NCBI RefSeq assembly: GCF_030028105.1
Contig: NC_092383.1
Location: 86,881,921-86,945,920 of the forward strand
Direction of reading: 5' to 3'
Length of the DNA stretch: 64,000 nucleotides
From: Mobula birostris
Taxonomy: Eukaryota
Part shown: piece by piece, positions 24,225 to 36,927 of the stretch
How the letters are laid out: the number at the start of each line of letters is the position of its first letter
Position numbering within the stretch: the stretch's first letter is position 1
Made by a program: the position numbers and the translations under genes
The notes under the pieces: generated by a model
Seen by the model: only the letters and a program-made list of their open reading frames with translations
Told to the model about the DNA's origin: nothing
Databases searched by the model: none

Positions 24225-25145
24225 CAAATTGTTGCATCATTCTCAGAAAAGAAGCTTAAATTTATTATTAAAGTACATACTGTATATGTCACCATGTTAC
24301 TATCCTGACATTCATTTACTTTTGGGCATTCAATGTAAATACAAGGAAACACAATAGAATCAATAAAAACTACCCATGAACAAAGACAGACAAACAACCA
24401 GTGTTTAAAAGACAAAAAAATGTGGAAATATCAATAATAATAATAATAATAATAGGTAAGTAAGCACTAAAAATTATTTGAGAACATGAGTTGTAGAGTC
24501 CTTGAAATTGAGTCCATAGGTTGTGGAATCAGGTCAGTAGTTGGTGGAATTCTCCACTCTGGTTCAGGAGCTTAGTGATTAAGGGGTAAAATCTGTTTCT
24601 GAACCTGGTGATGTAGGAATTAAGGCTCCTGTACTTGCTTCCAGCCGGCAATAGCAAGAAGAGCACAAGGCCTGGATGATGGATGCTGGTTTTGTGCAAC
24701 AATGTATTCATCAGTGAGGAGAGGTTTACCTGTGATGGACTGGGCTAGATTCACGACCTTTTGTAAATTTTTCCTTTCAAGGGCATTGGTGTTTTTATAC
24801 CATGCCGTGAAGCAGCCAGTCAGGATACTCTCCACTGAGCATCTGTTGTACTTTTTTAAAATTCTAGATGACATTTTGATCTTTACAAACTTCCGAATAA
24901 ATAACGTGCTGCTGTGCTTTCTTTGTGCTGGACACAGGGTAGATTTTCTAAAATGATAATGCCAAGGAATTTAAAGTTACTGACTCCTTCCATCTCTGAT
25001 ACCCTGATGAGGACTGGCTCAAGGACCTTTGGATACCTTTTCCTGCAGACAATAATCAGCTCTTTGGTTTTGCTGATGTTGAGTGAGAGATAGTTGTTGT
25101 GACACCATTCAGCCAGATTTTTAATTTTCCTCCTACATGCTGATT
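24225..25145 (-). mobile_element. Degraded Rex1/Babar fragment
   Basis: Reads NLAEWCHNNYLSLNISKTKELII, ESILTGCFTAWY and RFRNRFYP. Confidence 0.8.
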
Positions 25146-25912
25146 GAACATACACAAATGCTGGAGGAACTCAGCAGATCAGGCAGCATCTATGGAAAGG
25201 AATAAACGGCAATATTTCGGGCTGAGACTCTTCATTGAACCCATTTTCAGGTCAGGGACCCCTCCTCAGATCTGTATTAGAAGTGGAACACTGTCAGTTT
25301 AGAAAGAAGATCTGATCAGAGGAATGATGTGTAAGATAAAAGATGATACAGTTCAGTCCCTGGTTATGAACTCCTGATTCCCAACACATTGATGTAGTCA
25401 TAAAGAAGGCAAGACAGTGGCTATACTTTATTAGGAGTTTGAAGCAATTTGGCATGTCAACAAATGCACTCATAAACTTCTATAGTTGTACTGTAGAGAG
25501 CATTCTGACAGGCTGCATCACTGTCTGGTATGGGGGGGCTACTGCACAGGACCGAAAGAAGCTGTAGAAGGTTGTAAATCTGGTCAGCTCCATCTTGGGC
25601 ACTAGCCTACAAAGTACTCAGGACACCTTTAGGGAGCGGTGTCTCAGAAAGACAGTGTCCATTATTAAAGACCTCCAGCACCCAAGGCATCATAGGTGGC
25701 CCTAGCTATGTTTCAGCCGTTTCAACTGAAACGGGCCCCACCCTCCCAGGGGCCCCCGACTGACATGCAAAAATTTAATGCACAGCTCCCAGACCCCACA
25801 ATATTCTTCTGCTATTGCCAGCCGAACCACCAGTGGGCACTCACTGACTGACATCTGAGAAAATACATTAAAATATTTACTTCACTTCTAAACATTGCTC
25901 CTTGCAAAGAAG

Positions 25913-26115
25913 CAACACACATCAAAGTTGCTGGTGAACGCAGCAGGCCAGGCAGCATCTGTAGGAAGAGGCGCAGTCGACGTTTCAGGCCGAAGGGTCT
26001 CGGCCTGAAACGTCGACTGCATCTCTTTCTACAGATGCTGCCTGGCCTACTGCGTTCACCAGCAACTTTGATGCGTGTTGCTTGAATTTCCAGCATCTGC
26101 AGAATTCCTGTTGTT
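25913..26115. mobile_element. Foldback Penelope-derived mini-insertion inside the hAT
   Basis: 84-bp near-perfect inverted arms at 25910-25993 and 26000-26083. Flanking direct repeat CCT(T/A)GCAAAGAAG at 25900-25912 and 26116-26128. Confidence 0.85.
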
Positions 26116-26150
26116 CCTAGCAAAGAAGGCTACTTTTCAATGAGAGGAAA

Positions 26151-28747
26151 ATGAAACACTCCTATCCTAGTGGTGCTGAAAAACCGAAAATATTAGACAA
26201 CAAAACAAAACGTCTAAATAGTCTCCCAAAAGTTACATCTTTCTTTGGTCCAGCATCTGTAAAAGGCCCACCGACTGCAGTTGCTGCTGCACCATCGTCA
26301 CAGCATGGGGCTGCAGTGCCAAGTGACAGTGCGAGCGGTACAGGAGATGTTGAAAATCAGAGCAATGAAAATGAGAAGAACAATTTTACTCAAACAGATG
26401 GTGATAATGATGATCAAACTTTGTTTGATGAACAAGCAGCACAGCATGATGACAGTCCTACAACTGAGACAGGTGAGGGAGATGCCGCCACCAGCACATC
26501 AGACAGAGGGAAAGCCCTACTAACATTCACAGAGACCGATCTGGCACGTTGGCCAACACATATTACCAGTGACCAACAGATCGACATTATTAGGAGAGGT
26601 CCCGTTCAGTTAGAGGACATTAACTTTCCACAGAGCCAATCACGCCGTCGTTTTACCAAAGACAGATATCTTATGAAGATGAAAGTTGGAGAAACCATTC
26701 GTAGGTCATGGTTAGTGTACTCAGAATCATTTGATTCAATCTTCTGTTCCTGCTGTACCCTATTTGGCAAGCAAAATCACAGTCTCACTTGCGGAGGTTT
26801 CAGAGTGTGGGAGCGACTCACTCTCACACTCCAAGGATCATGAGAAGTCAAATGCGCACCGTGCCAACATGGATAGCTGGCACGAGCTGGAAACGCGCTT
26901 AAGAACGCACAGTGCCATTAACAACATGTACCAAGAAATGCAAATGCTGGGAAAAAAAACACTGGAATGATGTTATGAAGAAGTTCATTGCCATAGTCTG
27001 TCACCTTGCAGAATGAAACCTTGCTTTCTGTGGCCACAATTCCACCCTACATGAACCAAATAATGGGAACTTTCTAGGTCTGGTGGAGCTGCTTGCCGAG
27101 TTCGATCCAGTGATGAGCGAACATGTCAGACGAGCAGAGAAAAATGAGATTGCTGACCACTACATGGGAAAAACCATACAAAATGAGTTAATCACACTTA
27201 TTGGAGACAAGATACTGGAAGCGATAACAGAGAGAGTAAAATAATCACGTTACGACTCGGTGATAATGGACTGCACCACTGACGCTGCGCACATAGAGCA
27301 GCTCTCGGTGACACGGCGCATTGTCACGTGCCAAGTCAATGTCGGAGCTATTGTTAGTGAGCATTTTGTCGGTTTCCTACCAGGGCTTGACACAACAGGT
27401 GCAGGCCTAACCGACATTTTCTTAACGCATATGGAGAAGTTAGGGTTAGATATCTCAAAATGCAGGGGACAGGCATATGATAATGGGAGCAATATATGGG
27501 GGAAAAATAGTGGCGTGCAGAAGAAGGTGCTAGATATTAACCAAAAAGCACTGTTCATGCCATGCGCTAGCCACAGCCTAAACCTAGTCATTGTCGATGC
27601 TGCAAAATCAACAGTGGAGTCTGTGAGCTTCTTTGGGGTGCTGCAACGTCTATACACACTATTCAGCTCATCGTCACAGAGATGAGAGCTTTTCAAGGAG
27701 AACATGCCATAGATGACCCTCAAGGCCATATCCAACACGCGATGGGAATGCCGCGTGGGAAGTGTGAAAGTCCTGCGCTACCAGCTTCTCGATGTTGGCA
27801 ATGCGCTCCTGTCACTGATTGAACAGGCCACACAGAAAGGTGACAGTGAAACCATATCTGCAGCCAGAGGCCTAGAACAGGAGATCATGTCTTGGAAATT
27901 CCTGCTGACTGTTATCATCTGGTACAACGTTTTACATGAGGTGAATCGTGTCAGCAAGCTGCTTCAGAGCCCACAAGTGGGAATCGATGTGCTATGGCGC
28001 GAGGTGGAATATGTTCTGAAATTTCTCAAGGAATGCAGAGAGGACGGCCTTTCATCTGCCCAAACAGATGCCAGAGACATAGCTGAAGCGATAGGGATGC
28101 CAATGGTCTTTCCTACTGCACGAATCAGAACACCAAAACACCAGTTCCAGTGCGAGTCCCAAAGTGCAGATCCTTCCCTGACAGTGGCACCCGAGGAACG
28201 GTACAAGAGAGAAGTTTTCCTTCCACCTGTGGACTCTGCCATCACAGGCATTAGTGAGCGCTTCAAGCTGATGGAGTCATTTTACAGTCTGTTTGGCTTC
28301 ATTTATGGAAGAGAGGAAATGAAAAAAGCCACCCAAAGTCGCACACTGAAAGACAGCTGTGTAAACATGGAGAGGACTCTTGGTGATGTGGATGCTGAGG
28401 ACCTTTTGCGTGAGGTGCTGGCTGCTATCAGTGTCGTGCCTGCAAAAGAAACTACTGGCCTGCAGATTCTGAGCTACATTTACAGCAACAATCTGGTTGA
28501 ACTGTATCCTAACCTCACCATTGCTCTAAGACTCATGCTGACAGTGCCTGTGACTGTAGCCAGTGGAGAGCGAAGTTTTTCGAGGCTAAAGCTCATCAAA
28601 ATGCATCTGAGGACAACCAAGCTCCAGAAGCGTCTGTCAGCTCTTGCTCAGATATCAATTGAGCATGAAATAACAAGATCGCTGGACAAAGATGATCTCA
28701 TTAAAGCATTCTCAGCACTCGAGCACAAGAGGGTAGTGAATTTCTAG
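26151..28747 (+). pseudogene. hAT transposase (ZMYM1-like / DUF4371 type), disrupted
   Basis: TTF-type zinc finger (RSWLVYS..DSIFCSCCTLF), IMDCTTD, CRGQAYDNGSN, PCASHSLNL, TRW, and the hAT dimerisation motif VPVTVASGERSFSRLKLIK. It is broken into several ORFs by frameshifts and stops. Confidence 0.92.
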
Positions 28748-30114
28748 TGGTAAGTCTTTTAACACATTTTTAGCATAAATAAAGTTTATAATTAAAATAA
28801 AAAATAAACCACGTATTTCACTCAAAATGTGTATAGGCGACTAGGGGGCGTTTCCACAAATCGTAATTTCTCTCTCCCATTTACGTCCCCTCGCTCTCGC
28901 ACTCTCCTCCTGTTCGCTCTGCAGGCTTTACGTGAGCTGTCTATGGTGCTGAAAGAGCGCGAGTTGCAGTTTGTTGTAAATTTCCAGTAGTTAACTTTCA
29001 GACACTGTTCAGTGAATAAATAAAGTGTGAATTTTCATTAAATATGACATTGCTTTTGTTTTTAATTTGATTAGATGGAAATTGTTTAAGTTTTTCTTAT
29101 GTTTTCTGATACCTAACACGTAGTGCCATTCAATGCAGACTATTTGCTGAAAAGGGCGAGGCTCCTCACTCCAAAGCAAAAAATGTCATTGTTTCAGTTT
29201 TTAATTAAGAGAATTGTTTGGATTATGATGAGCTGTCAGTTCATTATGCTGAAAGTGCATATAGTGCATCAATGTTTAAGTCCGAAATTATACCATTATT
29301 GATGAAAACCAACTTGAATATTCGCTTTTATTCTTTCTTTTTTTTGGGAAGCGGGGGTAGGGCCCCACATTAAGTCTTGAAACGGGCCCCCAGATGCTTA
29401 AGGCTGCCTATGCAAGGCATGCCCTTTTCTCACTTTTGCCATCAGGTAGGAGGTACAGAAGCCTGAAGGCACACACACACCGATTCAGGAACAGCTCCTT
29501 CCCCTCTGCCATCCAATTCCTGAATGGACTTTGAAGCTTTGGACACTACCTCACTTTTTTTAATATACAGTATTTCTGTTGTTGCACATTTTTAAATAAT
29601 CTATTCAATATACCTAATTGATTTACTTGTTTATTTATTATTATATTCTATTTTACTTATTTTTTTCTCTCTCTCTGCTAGATTATGTATTGCATTGAGC
29701 TGCTTCTGCTAAGTTAACAAATTTCACATCACATGCCGGTGATAATAACCCTGATTCTGATTCCTCTCAACTTTTCAGAATTTCAGAATTACAGTAGCAT
29801 GAAATTTTCCAGTCACTGCACAAAGGTCTTAAAGGAGAACAGGCAATGGAAATAAAAGTTGGATGCTGGATAAAATGAGTGAGCTGCAGAATACATTGAG
29901 TGAGCTTGCATTGGTCGTCAGGGTGTGAATCTGCAAATAGAAGGTGTAACTTTTCTCAGTACCGATTTGTGACCGTAACCCATGAATGTACAATAAAGGG
30001 TCTCGAAAATGAGAGGTGAACTATAGTTTTGCAATTATAATCAGGGTAGTATATTGTTACATATATGCATTTTGATATTAAATATAATTTGAATTTTGAA
30101 GTTTGAACTGACAA

Positions 30115-33100
30115 GGATGAATATCACATTATACCCTGTGAGGATTGAAGTAGTAACACCAGAGACTGTTTTCAGCTCTTGACCCCTTCAGCTCAGGGTT
30201 ATCTGATGGCTGTTGATTAGCTGCAGATAACTCCAGAACTAGTGGTCCCACTTGTGAATCTGGACCTGTTAAACCTGAGCTCATTAATGGTCTGAGGGAA
30301 GGAGTTTGCTTTGTGTTTTTTACTGCTGCAAAACAAAATATTTCACATCAGATTACAGTGAAAATAAGACTGATTCTGATGCTGAAAGAGAACTTTACTT
30401 GTCCCAGGACATCCCAAAGCCATTCTCAAAGGATATGGTAGAACTTCTGTGCTCTTTACTTGTTCAAAACAGGGTTCAGGGAAGTGCCAATGGATGCCTC
30501 ATGTAAATAGACTGACCATCCTCTCCTGCATTACCTGTTACTTCAGACCATAAGACAATGAGCCATCGGGGCATAAGAAGGCCATTCAGCCCATTGAGTC
30601 TGTTGCACCATTCCATAATGGCTCATTTATCATCCCCGTCAACAACATTCTCTCCATAACTTTTGACACCCTTACTAAGCTAAAACCTATCAACCTCTGC
30701 TTTAAATATACGCAATGACCTCTACCACTATCTGTGACTATTAATTCCATAGAATCATTGCTCTCTGGTCAGGGACTCTCCCACCAGAGGAAACAACCTC
30801 TCCACGAACGCTCTGTCCAGTTTCTAGGACCTTCACTATTCAATAGGTTTCAAAGAGAATACCTACCCCTCATTCTTCTAAACTCCAGTGAGTACAGACC
30901 CAGTGCCATTAAACACTCCTCATACATTAACACTTTCATTCCTGGGATCATTCTCGTACCCCTCCTCGGACCCCCTCCAATTACAGCATATCTTTTTGAA
31001 GATAAGCTGCCTAAAGCTGTTCAACAATTTCCACCTGCAGTCTGACCAATACCTTACAAAGCTGCTGTTTTTGTATGTCATCTCAACAACAGAATGGAAA
31101 ACGTTTTAGAATCCCACCGTTTTATTTACACGTGTGCACGTCTGGGATTAGGTTCAAACACAATAGGCCTTTTCACTTTCCTTCACAAAGTTTTTATTGG
31201 TGTTCAGTGATCTAGTGGCTGAAACAAAAATGCTTTGCTGAAGATGTTTTGTATCTCTGCACTCGCTCTCATCAGCATATTGACCCACGGCTGTTGAGAT
31301 GTTTTCCAAGGAGTGATGGGGCTATTCAGGAAGAGACCAGAACTATCTGTCAATTTTCTATCCTGACATAAATTATGAACTTTTGAAGAGAAGGAAGAAA
31401 TTTAATCCAGTGAAAAAAATCCTATGGGATCACGGTTATCATTTTATATTGCGTTACCCCGCAACCTTGAAGATTTTTTTGACTGGTGGAGAAAAAAGAT
31501 TTTTTGATGATTACCGGAAAGCGGAGCAGTTTGTGCAAGACTCTCTGAATATTCACCAGGTACAAGAACAAAACCAGGGGAGCGAGATGGATTGAAGAAG
31601 AAGACTGGGTCAAAGAATGGACTTGTTGGATTTTTGAAGGCAGATGAATATATAAATATATTACTAATTATATGAGGGAGGGGAAGTAAGGTTAAAATTT
31701 GAGGAATACTGTTTGGGAATAGTAACATTAATTTTTTTTATATATATATAATTTTTTTTGTTGCGGGGGAGCTGGGCGAAGCACTGATCAATTGCTACGC
31801 TAATCATATGTGCAAGCATGGCTTTAGCCACGACCCGTAAAATGGAGGGGGGTAGGGTTGTGTATCCTTTCATTCACAACATTAGTGGGGGGGTATTTTG
31901 TTTTTTCTTTTTTTATATCCCATCTATCTCTTTTTTTTTCTTTTTGCCTGGATGATTGGGGGGGGGAACGCATAGCAACATGGTAAAGTTCAAAGAGATT
32001 CCCCAAGGAACTATGAGAGTTGAGAAGTTAAGTAATGTTTTAGATTGGAGTAAATTTGTTAAAAATAATGACTAATTTATTGAATTTTTTGAGTTTTAAT
32101 GTTAATGGGCTTAATGGACTAGTGAAAAGAAAAAGAATCTTAACACATATTAAGAAAATGAAGATAGATTCAGCCTTTTTACAGGAAACGCATTTAACAG
32201 AAACAGAATATCAGAAATTAAAGAGAGATTGGGTGGGTAGTGTTGTTGTAGTGGGGAGTAGCAATTTTTAAGTCAAAACAAGAATGGGAAACAGATCTGA
32301 ATATTAATATTGATGAAACAAATTGGTCAAGACTGTGCCTTGACAGTATGACAAACACAATAAATGTTCGACTTAGATTCGTATAATATAACTTTTAGCA
32401 CCAATTATATATTACACCACAAAAAATAAATTACTTATAATTTAAGAGATAAATATGTAACATTTTTGAATATTTGGCACCCTTATTTATAAAAGATAGG
32501 ATGGCATATTTAAGTGTTCCGATAAAGATCTTGGTCACTTGGGGAAAGTAACGAATAAGTATACCAATTTTATTTTGAACTCCATGGAGCATGTGGAAAC
32601 CTCCCAATACCCAGGCAGCTCTCTTTTTTTTTTCTTTTTTTCTTTTTAGGTAGGACTTTATATGGGGGGAGAGGGTTAAGGGGAGGGGAAGGGTAGATAC
32701 TATCTTTTCATGTATTTTTGAAAACTCAATAAAAATTATATTAAAAAAAAACAACAGAATGGAAAACGCTTTAGAATCCCACCGTTCTATTTATACGTGC
32801 ACATTTGGGATTAGGTTCAAACACAATAGGCCTTTTCACTTTTCTTCACAAAGTTTTTATTGCTGTTCAGTGATCTAGTGGCTGAAACAAAAATGCTTTG
32901 CTGAAGAAGTTTTGTATCTCTGCACTCGCTCTCATCAGCATATTGACCCACAGCTGTTGAGATGTTTTCCAAGAAGTGATGGGGCTATTCAGGAAGAGAC
33001 CAGAACTATCTGTCAATATTTAGCAAAATATTGACACTTCTCTAAATTCTGTAAGACAAGTAAAGAAAAGAGAAGTTCTAATCACATCTTTCATTGAGAG

Positions 33101-33465
33101 TGAACAGCAGTGACTGATGCAATAGAGTCAGCACTCATACTACACAATGTACAGAATTTAAGCAGATATAAATTCACGGCTAATATACTGCACTGTTTTC
33201 CCCTAAAACAAATGTAACAAACCCAAAGTAACAAAAGCTGTCTGTGTATACTGAATTATTTTATCATTTATCTATTTCTACACAATGTGAAATTAAATGT
33301 TTACAAACAATTGCAAAGTTAGAAACAAAAATTAGCCACATTCTTGGATCACCTCAACCCTCGCGCTACAATGAAATGAAAAACAACACACACAAACCAC
33401 TGGAGGAACTCAGCAGGTCAGGCAGAATCTTTGGAAATGAATAGAGAGTCAAACTTTTGGGCCAT
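30115..33465 (+). repeat. Segmental duplicate A
   Basis: Collinear with 35205-38160 once copy-specific insertions are removed (agtaacaccagagactgtt...cctgagctcattaatggtctgaggg...gatgcaatagagtcagcactcatact). Confidence 0.88.
31355..32749 (+). mobile_element. Internally deleted L1 LINE
   Basis: ORF1 C-terminus (IFYPDINYELLKRRKKFNPVKK..LRYPATLKI), then the ORF2 endonuclease start (FLSFNVNGLN..KRKRIL..AFLQETHL), a jump to the ORF2 C-terminal region (WETDLNINID), a 3'UTR with AATAAA, and a poly(A). Confidence 0.88.
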
Positions 33466-33990
33466 TTCTTCTTCTTCTTCTTCTTCTGCCTTTCAACTCA
33501 CTAGTGAGCATAGGCCATCAACAACCTCTTTCCAGATCAACCTGTCTTGTGCATATCTCTCCAGCTGTAACCATGTCATTCCCACTCTCCTGGCATCGGT
33601 TAACACTTCCCTCCGCCATTTGGACTTGGGCCTACCTCGATTTCGCTTGCCCTGAGGATTCCACTTGTAGGGTTTTCCCAGCTTCATACAAGGTCCTCAC
33701 ATTCCAGATGCCAATTGTGGAGGTCATCTTGGTTGACAGTAGATTTTTCGGTGAAGGAGCTTCCTTTCGGCTTTCACTTCTCCACGTCATACGGCTCTCC
33801 AAAAGAGGCCCTACCTCTCCCAAGACTGGCTGGCTTGGTTTTGATGCTGCTGATGTTTCTGTAGCAATAATTATTTTTACAGGATTGGGCTGATAACCCT
33901 CTGCCCAGCCCTCTTTAGTCACCTTTTAGGACATACGTGGCAGGGTACAGCGGTTCTATTCTTTTAAAGGACTCGGAAACCACACGGGTC
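33466..33990 (-). mobile_element. Internally deleted RTE-clade LINE
   Basis: The endonuclease start (TIGIWNVRTLYEAGK) is joined directly to the C-terminus (WNPQGKRNRGRPK..W...QDRLIWKEVVDGLCS). It has a (GAA)n tail and a degenerate TSD TTTGG(G/A)CCA. Confidence 0.88.
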
Positions 33991-34589
33991 TTTGGACCAA
34001 GTGCTTTCTTTTAACTCTTCTGACCCACCTGGATCTGCATACAGCTCCAATAGTAATTGTCGAATTTTCCTGATTATGACTGCAATAGCTAATTTCACGG
34101 CATACAGTGTGCTGGCGACATTAAACCTGATTTTGTTTCTGATTCTGTATTACTTCTCCAACATGTGTAACACGTGAGAATTGTTATCCTTTGTACTGAA
34201 GCTCTCCTCAGACTTCATCTGCCCCAGTGAATCACACAGCATGAATCTGGATGGATCACACTTTGACCAGCATTGAAAGATCTAACCGGGTGAACAGGGA
34301 AACTAGGAAGTTAGCAACTGAGAATCTGAGCAAAGGTATGCAGGGTCAAATGTCACGGCAACCACGTGGGTGAGATAGGTAAGACAGGAATGTCTTCTCC
34401 TTGGACAAGTGTGATTTGTCTATTCACTGTGCCCTCTGATTCTGTAAGGAATAGAAGCTACAGGGATTGTCTGCATGCACAAGCCATTTCATGTCAAAAT
34501 GGGGTTGTTTTTTCATAAAACAAAAGAAAGGTTATATAATATAGTAAGTATTAGTGGGAATAACAGAAGTTTGGCAATGTCAGGGGACA

Positions 34590-34960
34590 GAAGTGAGCAT
34601 GGTTGCTACTACTAAGGAGAAGGTGCTTGAGAATTTGAGAGGTCTGAATGTAGATAAGTCACTTGGACCAGACAGACTGCACACCAAGTTCTGAAAGGGG
34701 TAACTAAAGAAATTGTGGAGGCATTAGTGGTGACCTTTCAAGAATAACTAGACTCTGGAATGTTCCAGAGGACTGGAAAATTGGAAATGTCACTCCTCCC
34801 TTTGAGAAAGGAGGGAGGCAATAAAAGGAAATTGTAAACCGGTTAGTATGACCTCAGTGGTTGGAAATATGTTGGAGTCCATTATGAAGAACAAGAATTT
34901 GGGATACTTTGATGTATACGATAAAATATAGTTTCCTCATGGGGAAATCTTGCATGAACA
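34590..34960 (+). mobile_element. Old CR1 fragment
   Basis: Degenerate DKS.GPD, EDWKI.NV and QHGF-region motifs. Confidence 0.7.
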
Positions 34961-36381
34961 ATCAGCCTCAGAATGCAAGGTCATCCCTTTATTTTATTTA
35001 CCAAAAGAGTTCACGGTAGGACTTCCCGGCCCAGCAACCCTCAACAAACCTGATTAACCATATTCTAATCACAGGACAATCTACAAAGATCAATTAACGT
35101 ACCCAGTTTGTCTTTGGACTGTGGAATGGAATGGGACCACCAGTCTACTATGCAAGACTCCTGTATACTGGGAGAAATGAACCTTGAAATGCCCCACTGA
35201 CAACGTGGAATATCACATAATAAGCTTCACCTGCTCTCTGAGGATGTGAAGCAGTAACACCAGAGACTGTTTGGAGCTCTTGACCCCTTCAGGTCAGGGT
35301 TATCTGATGGGATTTGATTAGCTGCAGATAATTCCAGATGCAGTGGTGCCACTTGTGAATCTAGGCCTGTTAAACCTGAGCTCATTAATGGTCTGAGGGC
35401 AAGAACTTGCTTCGATTTTTTTGCTGCAAGACAACAAATTTCACATCAGAAGACAGTGAAATTAAATCTGGTTGTGATTCTGATAGAGAACCTTCCCTGT
35501 CCCAAAGCAATTCTCAAAGGATATGGTTAGAACTTCAGTGCTTTTTACTTGTCTGACAAAACAGAATAAATGAACGCCTCATGTAAACGAACTTTTCCAT
35601 CCTCTTCCTTCATTGCCTAAGTAATTCAAACCATAAAGCAATGAATCATAGGGCAGAATTAGGTCACTCAGCCCATTGAGTCTGTTTCATCATTCTACAA
35701 TGGCTCATTAACTTTTCCCCTCAACCCCATTCTCCCCATAACCTTTGACACCTTTACTAATCAAAAAAACAATCAACCTCTGCTTTAAATATACCCTATA
35801 ACTCGGCCTCCACAGCCATCTGTGACAATGAATTCCATGGAATTAGCACCATCTGGTCAGGGACTTGCCCATGATAGGAAACATTCTCTCCACGTATACC
35901 CCATCTAGGTTCTAGGCCCTTCACTATTCAAGAGGAATTCAATGAGAATCGCTACCCCGCCCCCACCAACGTTCTTCTAAACTCCAGTGAGTATAGGCCC
36001 AGAGCCATCAAACATTCTTCACGCATTAACCGTTTCATTTCTGAGATCATTCTCAAGAAACTCCTCTGGACCCTCTCCAAATACAGCACATCCTTTCATA
36101 GATAAGGGGCTCAAAACTGTTCGCCATATTCCAAGTGCAGTCTGACCAATATCCCATCTTATAGAGCTGCAGTTCTTGGATAACTTCCCAACAACTGAAT
36201 GGAAAGCACTTTACAATCTCACTGTTGTATTTACGGTTATGCACAGGATTGGGATTAGGTTTAAACACAATGGTTAAATGGCCTTTTCACCTTTCTTCAC
36301 CAAATTGTTACTGTTGTCACTGCTCTAGTTGCTGAAACAAAAATGCTTTGCTGAAGGTGCTTTGTATCTCTGCTCTAGCTC

Positions 36382-36858
36382 AAGTGGAAGGAGGCCGCCA
36401 CGCCCACTCATGTTCAATAGCTATCTGACGTTATGTTGTGCCTCGATCTAGGGAAGATTCGTTGTTCCCGATTTCTGATTCTAAACATGATTTTCTAATG
36501 TTATGCGGACCCTTTCTGAATTATTTTCACAATTTTTGAACTGTTATTAAAGTATGGATCTGAGTCATTATTATTATAATATCATATGGTAAGGTAAGCT
36601 TCTTTTTTCTTCTTTACTTTACCAACCAGCTCATTTCGGTAGTGGGGGTAGATTTTTTTAATAAAATACAATTATTTTATTCTATTTCATTTCATAATTC
36701 AATCCTTTTTTATACATGATTCATTTGGAATATAGGATATTGTGATCATATTACTGTGATTTAAATGTAATGTAATCCGTATTATTTCCTTGTATCCTTA
36801 TGAATTTTGTATTTGTATTCATGTAATTTATATATCAATAAAGATTTTGAAAAAGAAA
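36382..36858 (+). mobile_element. L1-type 3' fragment
   Basis: ORF2 C-terminus (KWKEAATPTHVQ..SDVMLCLDLGKIR), T-rich 3'UTR, AATAAA and an A-rich tail. TSD GTATCTCTGC at 36364 and 36859. The site is empty in duplicate A. Confidence 0.8.
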
Positions 36859-36927
36859 GTATCTCTGCACTTGTTCTCATCAGCTTATTGAACCATAGTT
36901 GTTGAGAAGTTTTCAAGAAGTGATAGA

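Larger units (their letters stand above)
25691..29412 (+). mobile_element. Full-length hAT DNA transposon (3722 bp)
   Basis: Exact 8-bp TSD CAAGGCAT at 25683-25690 and 29413-29420. Imperfect terminal inverted repeats (TIRs): CATAGGTGGCCCTAG versus CATAGGCAGCCTTAAG. Subterminal TGAAACGGGCCCC occurs at both ends. Confidence 0.95.
25350..29765 (+). mobile_element. Rex1/Babar 3' fragment split by the hAT insertion
   Basis: 25350-25690 and 29413-29765 rejoin as IIKDLQHPRHALFSLLPSGRRYRSLK, ending in a ctgattctgatt tail. Confidence 0.85.
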
